In this document: positions 9,032 to 18,400 of the stretch, piece after piece
Position numbering within the stretch: the first letter of the stretch is position 1
Layout of the letters: each line of letters starts with the position of its first letter
Assembly: GCA_947303895.1 (NCBI GenBank)
Contig: CAMYZQ010000002.1
Location: forward strand, 1 to 50,252
Direction: 5' to 3'
From: an uncultured Bacillota bacterium
GTDB lineage: Bacteria; Bacillota_I; Bacilli_A; RF39; UBA660
Length of the DNA stretch: 50,252 bases
Notes under the pieces: generated by a model
What the model was told of the DNA's origin: nothing
What the model saw: only the letters and a program-made list of their open reading frames with translations
Databases searched by the model: none
Made by a program: the position numbers and the translations under genes

Positions 9032-9705
9032 TCTACATTTACATCTTTATTTTCTATAACTCCTGAATTAGGATGTCTTTCTTTATAAACTTTAACTGCC
9101 CATCTCATATCTTTCCAACCATTTGCTGCAGCTATGTTTATTATATCTATTGCAACATCTAAATCATGATTAGCTGCTGCATTAACTTCTAATTGTGCAT
9201 TAAATAATGTCTGTTTATTTATAAAATTAAATTTAGCATATACAGAATCCAACCAATTACTATAAGCCAGTTGTAGTTCCATAGGAAGAGTTTGATCTAT
9301 ATTGCTCTTTACCCCATTAAGAATATAATCACCTTTAGATTTCGCAGTTGCTGCTTTTCTGAAAGATGATAAATCTTTTCTTATATTTTCATTTTCTTCT
9401 AATACTAAAGATGTTAATATATCAAGATTTATCTTTATACAATCATTACTTAATTCCAAAATTCCTACTCTATTTAACTCAGTTTCTATTTTATTCTGTC
9501 TTGATTTACTTATAGTAGTTCTTTGTTCAATATAATCTCTATCAACTGTAAAAAATCCATCTTCTGTAATCTTATCTTTTCTATAAGCCTTTTCATTTAT
9601 ATCAATTAAAGCACTTAAATAAATAGAAGATTCTAACCCAAGCAAATGAGCAAGCTTTATATTAAATGATTGATAATTCGACTGGCTTAAAAGTTCTACT
9701 AGCAT
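9013..9705 (-). CDS. Hypothetical protein; possible replisome organiser (DnaD-like winged helix)
   Basis: The call rests mainly on position, directly upstream of the loader and helicase. The N-terminal pattern LGLESSIYLSALID...TISKSRQNKIETELNRVGILEL resembles a winged-helix organiser. RBS AAGAGGA. Confidence 0.35.
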   Translation of the reverse strand: MLVELLSQSNYQSFNIKLAHLLGLESSIYLSALIDINEKAYRKDKITEDGFFTVDRDYIEQRTTISKSRQNKIETELNRVGILELSNDCIKINLDILTSLVLEENENIRKDLSSFRKAATAKSKGDYILNGVKSNIDQTLPMELQLAYSNWLDSVYAKFNFINKQTLFNAQLEVNAAANHDLDVAIDIINIAAANGWKDMRWAVKVYKERHPNSGVIENKDVNVDWSTSY

Positions 9706-9716
9706 AAAATCCTCTT

Positions 9717-10523
9717 TTATACATTTAATATTTTAGATATTATATCATCATTTTTTAATGTTATAAATGACTGTTGTATTTTTTTATCTAGCTTATCTTG
9801 AGTGTCATACTTAAAATAATTTAAACTATGTAATACTTCTTTTTCATTTAATAAATATTTAGTTGAGAAATATGTACAAAAATTATTATCTAAATGTCTT
9901 AAATACTTTCTAAGTTTTTTTATGTCTAAATTATTGTTATCATCAAATAAATTATAGAAAAGTATTCCTTCTAGCACAAAAGCTGAAATGTATTTCTTCT
10001 TTTCAAAATAATATTTAATTCTTTTTTCTATAATTGAATCAATTAGTTCATCATATGTTTCTTCATATGGGGTAAAAAATCCTTCTTGAAAGTCCTCTTG
10101 TAAACTATCTAGTGAAAGATAATTATTATTAGCTACTCGTTTATATTTAAATTTCGCGTTTATAAAATTTTTCTTTCTACATTGAATTGTGATAGCCATA
10201 GCTTTCAAAAAAGCATCAGGATCTCCAAATAAAGAGCTATCTTCGTTGTCCCAAACATGCTTTGAAATAACATAGTTCAAAGTCTGAATAAAAATATCAT
10301 AACACTCTTCACAAGAAAGATTAGCATTATTATTTACATAATAAATCTTTTGAAGTAAATTCCAAGATTTAATAATTAAATAACTTATATAAATATTTTT
10401 ATCTCGCATAATAGAACTAGATAAATATAGACTTACAATATCATTACAACTATATTTATCTAGTTCATATTTACTTGATTTTATATTTTGTTCAAAAGGT
10501 TCTTTTAACTCACTTAATGTCAT
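9717..10523 (-). CDS. Hypothetical protein; weak resemblance to a divergent sigma-70/ECF-type factor
   Basis: CEECYDIFIQTLNYVISKHVWD...FLKAMAITIQCRKKNFINAKFKYKR...LSLDSL follows the region 2 pattern of small sigma factors (acidic-aromatic helix, then 'W/F-L..I..N...D..R..KR' and 'sld'). This is pattern-level evidence only. Confidence 0.3.
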   Translation of the reverse strand: MTLSELKEPFEQNIKSSKYELDKYSCNDIVSLYLSSSIMRDKNIYISYLIIKSWNLLQKIYYVNNNANLSCEECYDIFIQTLNYVISKHVWDNEDSSLFGDPDAFLKAMAITIQCRKKNFINAKFKYKRVANNNYLSLDSLQEDFQEGFFTPYEETYDELIDSIIEKRIKYYFEKKKYISAFVLEGILFYNLFDDNNNLDIKKLRKYLRHLDNNFCTYFSTKYLLNEKEVLHSLNYFKYDTQDKLDKKIQQSFITLKNDDIISKILNV

Positions 10524-11109
10524 TAACTTCTTCTAATTTATTTATGATAGCACGAATATTATCTTTTGAAGCATAAGACCAATGATGTCCCATAAATCTT
10601 TTATTTCTTAAATCACAAGATTTATAAAGCTTATCTCCATCTTTTTCTCTTGCTTCTATATATCTAAGTGCAGTAGCAGCATTTATAAAAACTAAATCGG
10701 AATCCATTATAACTGCTCTTGATTCATTTGGAAATCTATAGGATTCAGCTACCTTAAAGGCTTTTTCCCAGTCTTCCTTACTTACTTCTCTTTCTACTTC
10801 ATTAAGATTGTAGCTAGGAACATATGTTTTAGATTCTAAAATTTTCTTTCTCTGTTCACGTTTTTCTATTTCTTTCTTATTATATTCTTCTTTAAGAGCA
10901 GAAATATAAGATATTGCTTTTTCATCTTCAAGAGATATTATATTGCAGAACTTATCATCTACAAACATAGAAATAGCAAACTTTTTAATTTCGCCCGAAT
11001 TGAAATTAACTGTTATAATAGAACTTAATTCATTTTCAGATCTTATATTTAGATCTGTTATAATACCTTCTCCATATTTCTTATGAATTACTGTAGAACC
11101 AATAAACAT
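10510..11109 (-). CDS. Hypothetical protein with N-terminal PcrA/UvrD-CTD-like Tudor/SH3 domain
   Basis: GSTVIHKKYGEGIITDL...IITVNFNSGEIKKFAISMF matches the G..V.H..FG.G.V....V.F..G.KK signature of the PcrA/UvrD C-terminal domain. I moved the start to ATG 11109 because AGGAGG lies 7 nt upstream. Confidence 0.45.
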   Translation of the reverse strand: MFIGSTVIHKKYGEGIITDLNIRSENELSSIITVNFNSGEIKKFAISMFVDDKFCNIISLEDEKAISYISALKEEYNKKEIEKREQRKKILESKTYVPSYNLNEVEREVSKEDWEKAFKVAESYRFPNESRAVIMDSDLVFINAATALRYIEAREKDGDKLYKSCDLRNKRFMGHHWSYASKDNIRAIINKLEEVNDIK

Positions 11110-11180
11110 AACATATCCTCCTTCATAAAACATTTTATCTTACATAAATATTATATACTAAATACAAGAAAAAATAAATA

Positions 11181-12860
11181 CTATTTTTTAAAATCTAAAA
11201 TATATTTTTTAAGACTATCTAAAGAGGATTGTGATATTTTATTATCTATAATAAAATCTGATATTGCTTCTTTAGTTTCTACTATTTCTGCTACTCTCTC
11301 ATCTATTGTATCTTTAGTTATTAATTCATAAATAAATACTGCTTTATTAGAACCAATTCTATGTATTCTATCTTGAGCCTGTTCAAGCTCTGCCGCCGTC
11401 CAAGGAGTATCAATAAATATTGCATAAGAAGCAGCAGTAAAAGTAAATCCAGTTCCAGCTTTTTGGCAAGTTGCTAACATTACTTTATACTTACTATCTT
11501 CTTGAAATCTTTTCTTATTTATTTCAATATCTACTTCTGAAACATCTCCTGTAATCAATACTGGATTGAATTTAGATAATTCTGTATAAAGTCTATTCAA
11601 TGGATCTTTGAATACTGAAAATATAATTACTTTATCTCCATTATCTGCGATTTCTTCTACTAAATCTTTTGCTCTATCTATTTTTACACTTGGAATATCT
11701 TCAGAAGATAATACCCAAGGGGAAGCTGTTGCTTGTCTTAATCTAGTAGTCATAGATAGAATATTAGCAGGGTTCAAATTCACTTTATCTACTTGATCAA
11801 TAATACCATCTAATATGTTATTATAAAAAGTAGACTGCTTATCCTCCATCGTAACATATTCTTTTATTACTGTTTTTGGAGGTAACTCTAAAAGATCTTT
11901 TGTTCTTCTTAGAGAATGTTTTGAAATTTGATCTTTTAATACATCTGTATTTTTATACCCTACAATTTCATTACCAAAAGGCCCACCAAACACACAATAA
12001 TAATATTTGAAGTTAGTAGCAGTACTATTATCTAACTCTAACCACTTTAATGGAACATATGCATCTAATGGATTATTAGTTAATAAAGTACCTGTCATAG
12101 CAACTTTGTACTTAGCTACTAATTTTTGCAAACCTTTACTTTGTTGAGCACCTACTGATTTTGCTTTATGACATTCATCAAACAAAATCAAATCAAACTT
12201 TGTCTTACCAGAATTTATTTCTTTTACTATGTTTGAATCTCTTAATGATTCTATATTAGTAATTGTAAAAAACTCTTCTCTAACTTTCTTTAAGTCTTCT
12301 AGCTTTTCTTTATTGCCACCAATCTTCTCAGTTCCCTTTTTAGTTATTCTTGAACCAAGAATATGAGCAGAAAGATTTGAATGTTTTTCTATCTCACCCT
12401 TCCAATTATGTTTAAGTGTATTTACTCCACATATAACTAAACAATGATTTATTTCTCCTCTTTCTTTTAATTCCTGAGCAAGATAAATCATCTGTAAAGT
12501 TTTGCCTAATCCTGGAGCATCTAATAATAGCCAATTAGAATTTGTTAATCCAAATTTTATTCCCTCTAATTGATACGGAAAAGGTTTTGTAAGATAACTT
12601 TCTTCATTTAATTTTACTTCAATAGGTTCTTTTATTTCTTCTTCTAAAAGAGTTATATCTATTGAATCTAAGTTTGATAACAAAGTAATAGCTCTAGATA
12701 AACTAGTAGCTGGTATTTCCCAGCTCTTTAATTTATTGTGATAAATTGCATTAGGGACTTGCTTTATAGTATCTACTATTCTCTGATCATAATTAAATGA
12801 AACACTAAATGAAGTCTCTCCAGGAAGTTTATATGGAATTTGTTCTTTTAAATATATCAT
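11181..12860 (-). CDS. SNF2/Rad54-family helicase-like ATPase
   Basis: Motif I LLLDAPGLGKTLQ. Motif II LILFDECHKAKS. Motif VI QAQDRIHRIGS. Confidence 0.9.
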   Translation of the reverse strand: MIYLKEQIPYKLPGETSFSVSFNYDQRIVDTIKQVPNAIYHNKLKSWEIPATSLSRAITLLSNLDSIDITLLEEEIKEPIEVKLNEESYLTKPFPYQLEGIKFGLTNSNWLLLDAPGLGKTLQMIYLAQELKERGEINHCLVICGVNTLKHNWKGEIEKHSNLSAHILGSRITKKGTEKIGGNKEKLEDLKKVREEFFTITNIESLRDSNIVKEINSGKTKFDLILFDECHKAKSVGAQQSKGLQKLVAKYKVAMTGTLLTNNPLDAYVPLKWLELDNSTATNFKYYYCVFGGPFGNEIVGYKNTDVLKDQISKHSLRRTKDLLELPPKTVIKEYVTMEDKQSTFYNNILDGIIDQVDKVNLNPANILSMTTRLRQATASPWVLSSEDIPSVKIDRAKDLVEEIADNGDKVIIFSVFKDPLNRLYTELSKFNPVLITGDVSEVDIEINKKRFQEDSKYKVMLATCQKAGTGFTFTAASYAIFIDTPWTAAELEQAQDRIHRIGSNKAVFIYELITKDTIDERVAEIVETKEAISDFIIDNKISQSSLDSLKKYILDFKK

Positions 12861-13162
12861 TAATCTTCTTTTAGAAATAAACTCGGCTTTGATAATTTAG
12901 TCTGATATGTATTTTTAAAATCTTTAGTCTTAGAGTCTACAAAGAACTTTACATTGGCATCTACTTTAAACTTTCTTCCACAGTAATCACAACAATAACT
13001 TTCTGTTGTATTCATGTTACTACCAAAGTAGTTTATAATTTTTCCAGTTAAATCTTTTTCTATAGATTTAGGTTTTCCCAATAATTCGTTAGGAAGAAAA
13101 ATTTCTGCGGGTAAATATTCTGCACCACAGTGACAACATTTTATAATATGTTTACTAGCCAT
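12860..13162 (-). CDS. Zinc-ribbon protein (two CxxC pairs)
   Basis: CCHCGAEY ... CCDYCGRKF. There is a 1-nt overlap with the SNF2 start. Confidence 0.55.
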   Translation of the reverse strand: MASKHIIKCCHCGAEYLPAEIFLPNELLGKPKSIEKDLTGKIINYFGSNMNTTESYCCDYCGRKFKVDANVKFFVDSKTKDFKNTYQTKLSKPSLFLKED

Positions 13163-13180
13163 TTTAATTTTTCCTTTTCA

Positions 13181-13223
13181 TAAATAAAAATAAGGTACAT
13201 AGTACTATAACTATATACCTTAT
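13181..13223 (-). terminator. Rho-independent terminator at the boundary between the structural and replication modules
   Basis: The minus-strand RNA reads AUAAGGUAUAUAG-UUAUAGUA-CUAUGUACCUUAU. This is a 13-bp stem with one G.U pair (13223-13211 / 13202-13190), followed by UUUUUAUUU. Confidence 0.7.
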
Positions 13224-13250
13224 TATATATCTATTGTATTAAAAAGTAAA
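13222..13250 (-). promoter_or_regulatory. Sigma-A/sigma-70-like promoter candidate for the replication module
   Basis: On the minus strand: TTTACT (13250-13245), a 17-nt spacer, then TATAAT (13227-13222). This is the only gap at the module boundary where an early promoter could sit. Hexamers of this kind are frequent by chance in AT-rich DNA. Confidence 0.35.
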
Positions 13251-13251
13251 A

Positions 13252-13854
13252 TTATAGAGAAATTTCTCCACCATCAATATTAGCAATTGATGCTGATGAA
13301 AATTTAAATAGAGATGATAGTGGAACAACTCTACCCCATTGACCATTTTCCTGTTGAGTATATTTAACTAAAGGTAAAGAATAAAAACTATATTTGTCTA
13401 GTCCTTGCGGTGGATCTGGAACTTCTTCGTCTTTATAAAATACTATTGCTTGATACTCACCATGTATATCATCTTGACCATACAATTCAGGAAAATTATT
13501 ATCCGTTTTATCTATAAAAATCCCTGCATATAGAGTATGTTCTTGTTCATCTGAAGGTTGGAATCCTGCTGCAGCTAAAAGATAATATAATCCAGAAGTA
13601 GAATTATCACTTGCAATAGAAAAATAATAACCTCTAATTACAAATTCAAAATCTGCTGTAACATTACTCCAAACATCAATAGGAAGATCATTTACAAAGT
13701 TAGCTTCAGTTAATCCTGTAGTAATAACAAATCCATCTACATCGATTAATCTATTAATAAGTCTTGTAACACTATTTTCAGTCATTAACTTATTAACTGA
13801 AGCTCTTTTTGTAGAAGGAAAACTATTTATTCTTTGTGTGTTTAATTTTGTCAT
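13252..13854 (-). CDS. Hypothetical virion-module protein (200 aa)
   Basis: Long ORF and the last gene of the baseplate/fibre operon. No motif was recognised. Confidence 0.5.
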   Translation of the reverse strand: MTKLNTQRINSFPSTKRASVNKLMTENSVTRLINRLIDVDGFVITTGLTEANFVNDLPIDVWSNVTADFEFVIRGYYFSIASDNSTSGLYYLLAAAGFQPSDEQEHTLYAGIFIDKTDNNFPELYGQDDIHGEYQAIVFYKDEEVPDPPQGLDKYSFYSLPLVKYTQQENGQWGRVVPLSSLFKFSSASIANIDGGEISL

Positions 13855-13866
13855 TTATATTACCTT

Positions 13867-14451
13867 TTATCCAACAACAATATCAGATTCTATGTTATCT
13901 GATGAATTTTCTTCTGCATATAATAATTCTGTGTACCAAGAAAATATAGCTGAAGTAGAATCTCTAATTTCTCTAATTTCTTCAGGAGTAATATCTATCT
14001 CAGCAAAATACTTTCTATCTTTAGGATCATATGAACATAATCTTACTTTTAAAGAGATATATCCTTCTTCAGCTTGAGTCAAAACTTTATCTAAAATACC
14101 ACCATTTAAATCTGAATAATAAACAGTAGTTACCAGCACTCCAAGCCAATTTTCTAATTCTGTATCATACTTATATTGTCTACCACCAATATTTGCTGGA
14201 GAATTAAGAATAGACATCCATACCCCATTACTATAAGTATAATTTGTAGTAGTAGCACTTGGTACCATATAACCAATATCTATTAATCTAGGTATATCTG
14301 AAGAATAATCTAAATTTCCTGTTACCGCTTTTGCAAATAACAGTGACATATCAGAAAGCCCTCTATTATGAGTAGTTTGTTTTAATATATTTTTACCTTT
14401 TTTGAAAGCAATTTTTACTTTTCCTCTATAAATATTTGTGTCTTTATTCAT
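13867..14451 (-). CDS. Hypothetical virion-module protein (194 aa)
   Basis: Long ORF that overlaps the upstream gpI-like gene by 8 nt. No motif was recognised. Confidence 0.5.
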   Translation of the reverse strand: MNKDTNIYRGKVKIAFKKGKNILKQTTHNRGLSDMSLLFAKAVTGNLDYSSDIPRLIDIGYMVPSATTTNYTYSNGVWMSILNSPANIGGRQYKYDTELENWLGVLVTTVYYSDLNGGILDKVLTQAEEGYISLKVRLCSYDPKDRKYFAEIDITPEEIREIRDSTSAIFSWYTELLYAEENSSDNIESDIVVG

Positions 14452-15466
14452 TCATGCTCCCTAATTCTTTAAATTGTTCTCTACCCATAACAGTAGCTAA
14501 ACTTACTGTATTAACATCAACATCAGAAATAACTTTATCAACAAATTCTTTAGTCTTGTTATAAGAATATTTTACATAAGTAATACTATTTGCAGGTATA
14601 GTTATGGAATAAATATTAGAAGAACTATATGTTAATAAAGTTTGAGTTTCTTCTCCTGTATCAGGATTTACATCAATCTGATATACTTTCACGTCTGTAG
14701 CTGGCGGAATAGGTACTGCATTATGTTTTAATTCATAAGAAACTGTACCTGGAGTATCTCCAATAAATTCTTTTCTAGTAGCAATATTATCTGTACCAAC
14801 ATAATTAAATACTGCACTATAGTTATCATCTTTATTTTTAATCATACTTATATATGGAGCTTTAATCATTGGATTAGTAAAATATGTATGTTCATGAGTA
14901 TAGAATAAAAATGTATATTCCTTATATTTAAATCTTTCAAAATATTCTTTTTGAACACCAAAGGAATATTCAACAATTAATCCTGAAGGAATTACCATAT
15001 TTAAATAGGTGTCTAATACATGTAAATTTGTTAAACTTGGAAATGTTGATAATATTATTACTATTGAATATGGTTTTACAGGTCTATTTAAAAGTAAAGA
15101 TATGTCAGCTGCTGACTCTTCATCTTTTGAATGAAGAGCCAGAGCATTATCAAAAATATCCATAGAGTCTAAGAATGCATTTAATAAAACTATTACACTT
15201 TTTAAAGACCCTTTATATTTTAAAGCAATAGGTAAAGCTTCTAATAATTGTCTATTAGAAAAAGCTTCTTTATCATATATACCAAGTTTGTCACCTAATA
15301 AAGGAAGAACTGTATCTTTAACTCTTCTAGTATCAGTTAATTGCTGCATAGAATCTATGTTATACTTTAAACTATTCAAAGCAAAATCATACATTCTACA
15401 TAATACTTGGAAGTCTCTAGATGCTTCTATGTAATAATCTGGAACCATTTCTTGATATCTAATCAT
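14444..15466 (-). CDS. Baseplate protein, P2 gpI / XkdU-like
   Basis: The gene lies immediately after the J-like gene. VLPLLGDKLGIYDKEAFSNRQLLEALPIALKYKGSLKSVIVLLNAFL follows the gpI signature (LP.LA..lG....w....R.li......l...KGT...l). Confidence 0.5.
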   Translation of the reverse strand: MIRYQEMVPDYYIEASRDFQVLCRMYDFALNSLKYNIDSMQQLTDTRRVKDTVLPLLGDKLGIYDKEAFSNRQLLEALPIALKYKGSLKSVIVLLNAFLDSMDIFDNALALHSKDEESAADISLLLNRPVKPYSIVIILSTFPSLTNLHVLDTYLNMVIPSGLIVEYSFGVQKEYFERFKYKEYTFLFYTHEHTYFTNPMIKAPYISMIKNKDDNYSAVFNYVGTDNIATRKEFIGDTPGTVSYELKHNAVPIPPATDVKVYQIDVNPDTGEETQTLLTYSSSNIYSITIPANSITYVKYSYNKTKEFVDKVISDVDVNTVSLATVMGREQFKELGSMNE

Positions 15467-15478
15467 TGATTATTACCT

Positions 15479-18400
15479 CTATTTATTCATCTTTGTAGTG
15501 ATATATCTAAATGATAGTTCATCAAAGTTTAGTTGTGGGATTACAAATTCATTGTACACGTGATTTGAATTCCAAAACATCTTAGGATTTAAAGGATTTT
15601 CTATTAGATCATTTGACTTAGGAATAAATGAATAATTATATTCTTCTTTATCGTCTAGTTGTTGTATCTTTGTTCTAATATCATTAAATCCCTCTCCTAA
15701 TGCAGGATTATTCTCATATTTAAATATATCTAATACAGTATATGTTACGGTCTTAGAATCTTCATCAATTTCAAACTCTAAACTTGAATCAACAGTAGAT
15801 AAGTCAGCGTAGAATTCAGGTTCTTTATAATATGTTTTACCTGAATCTATACTTGTATCATCAGATAATATATAAGTAGAAGTATCTAATTCATACCAAC
15901 CTTTCTCTTTTGGACTAGCACCAGAAAACATTGATTGATCTACTACTTCTAATAATGAAGAACCTTTATCAGAATAAGTATTATCTGCTAATCTATATGC
16001 TCCATTAACATATACATACCAACCTAATTCATATGGGGATTTATCAGTTAAATAAGTTATTAATGAAGGAAGTTTTATTAAACTATGTAATGAGTCTATA
16101 TCCAGCATTAAATATTCATATCTATCACCTGTGAATATATTCTTTCCTTCATTAGCATATGATCTTAATAAATTAGTATAGGATGAATCAAATGTATATG
16201 CCATATCATCGTATAAAGTTTCAGAAGATACTGCAGGAGCATCTATATTATATCCTTCTTCTATCTTTTTAATATAGTTAGCAGTTAAATTAATATCATC
16301 TTTCATATTCATTCCTAATAGGTAATGACCTGCCGGTAACCCAATAGGTAATGATATTTCTTGTGGAGCATATGATATATCTTCACCTTCTCCAGAAACA
16401 TCTGAATTAAAGTACAAGAAAGTTGAATAGTTACTAGTATCATATGCATAATATGATCCATTTGCAAATGGAACAAATGCATATAACTCATTTAAAACAT
16501 TTTCACCAAGAATATCCACAGTGGAAACATCTATAAAAGTACCTGATTTATTTTCTACAGGATATTTCAATTGGAAAGTAATATTAGTCTGAGTATCTCC
16601 AGATAAAACAGCAATAGGAGTAATACTAGAATCACTATCATATAATTCTAATGAATGATTATATTCCAGTTTTTGACCACTTGTACTTGATGTATTTAAT
16701 ATTAATGAAGAATAACCTCTCCACTTGTATTCATCTACAGACATAGTTTCTAAATCTATAATATCTTCGCCTGCTCTTTGATAAGAAACTTTATAAGAAT
16801 CAAGATCTAATATGCATTCTGTATTACTGAATACTGGCCAATTAACATATGATTCTGACATTTCAGAAGCTTCAAAAATTAAAGTATCATCTGTTGAAAA
16901 TGACTCAATATCATTTTGAATTAATGTTAAAGATGTATTTGTCTGTAATGATGTCCATAAATCTCCTATATTTTTTATAGGATCATTACGTATATAGTCA
17001 TTATCTAATGCTGTGCATGTCCAAGCTTTAATTTCACCACAGTTTCTATTATATAATTCTTTTACTTCATAGTATTGCTTATAAGTATATCTTACAAAAT
17101 CATTAAATAAATAGAATTTTGGTAAGAAGTAAATATGTATTGTACCATATTCACTAACATTATTTTTCGAGTTAGGGAATAATGCTGCAAGTTTTCTATC
17201 TGTATCTAATTTAATAAAAGGATTACTTGTGTCTGGTACATAATAATTTGTATCAAAACCTGTATCACCTTCAAAATTAGAACGCCATATTTCTGAAATA
17301 TAGAAATATGCATTAGATGCTGCAGCAGTTTCACCTTCTAATGCTGGGTAAATATCTCTAACTATTAAAGCTTTATCTATAAGACTATCACTAGTTACTC
17401 TAATATATCGCCCTGTTTGTGGATCTCCAGCAGTAGTTTGTCTGAAATTCTGAACTACCCAAGTCGTATCAACTTTTACCCATTCTGTTGGATCCCATGT
17501 TTCTGAAGAAGTTGCAACAATACATCTATAGTTTTCACTACTATATTTTACAACAGCATCATAATAATAAATGTTATTTGATACATAATCAGGAACTGGA
17601 TAATATGGATATTGATAAGTTACAGCAGATGACCATTTACTATAAATGGCTTCTAATTGGCTTGTACTGTCTGCCTCATTTAAATCTGCACTAGAAAGCG
17701 TATTACTATATAAAGTAAATAAATACTGTAAAGGTGATCTACTATAAGCTCCTTCATACTCTGATAAAACTACACCTGCATCCAAATAAGATTTATTTAA
17801 ATTTCTATAATAATAGTTTGTATTTATAGCACTTGGCTTATAGTAGAAACCAGAATTACTTACATCAGCAGAATATAATGAACTTCTTTCATTAAATAAT
17901 TCTATATTTATAGAATTTTCTATAGAAAGTATTTCTGGAGTTGTATCTGAGGTCAGTATATAATTATCATCTACTTTTTCGTATAAACCTTCTTCATTAG
18001 GATTTGTTAAATATGAAACAACTGCTTCTGCAGAACCAGATGAATCTATATAATAAGTTTTATATATAGGGGATAATAAACCTAAAGCTTCTGGCCCTAC
18101 AGAAAGTGCCTCAGATAAATCTAATGTTGTATAGCTTCCAATATCACCTAGAACTAAATTAGAATATTTTGTTCCAGATAAAATATTCCTGTCTATTGTT
18201 GAAGTATCTTCAGTTGCTGTAAATCTGTTTTGAGACGTAGCTGATGAATTATCATTTAAAGCATAAGTATCTATAAACTTATTATTATTAAATGTTGCCA
18301 ATTCATATAAACCTAATTCTTTAGGGTTACTCAAATCACTTGATTTATAAAGATTTACTTCTTTAAAGCAACCAGTATCAACTGTATCTGATACATAAAC

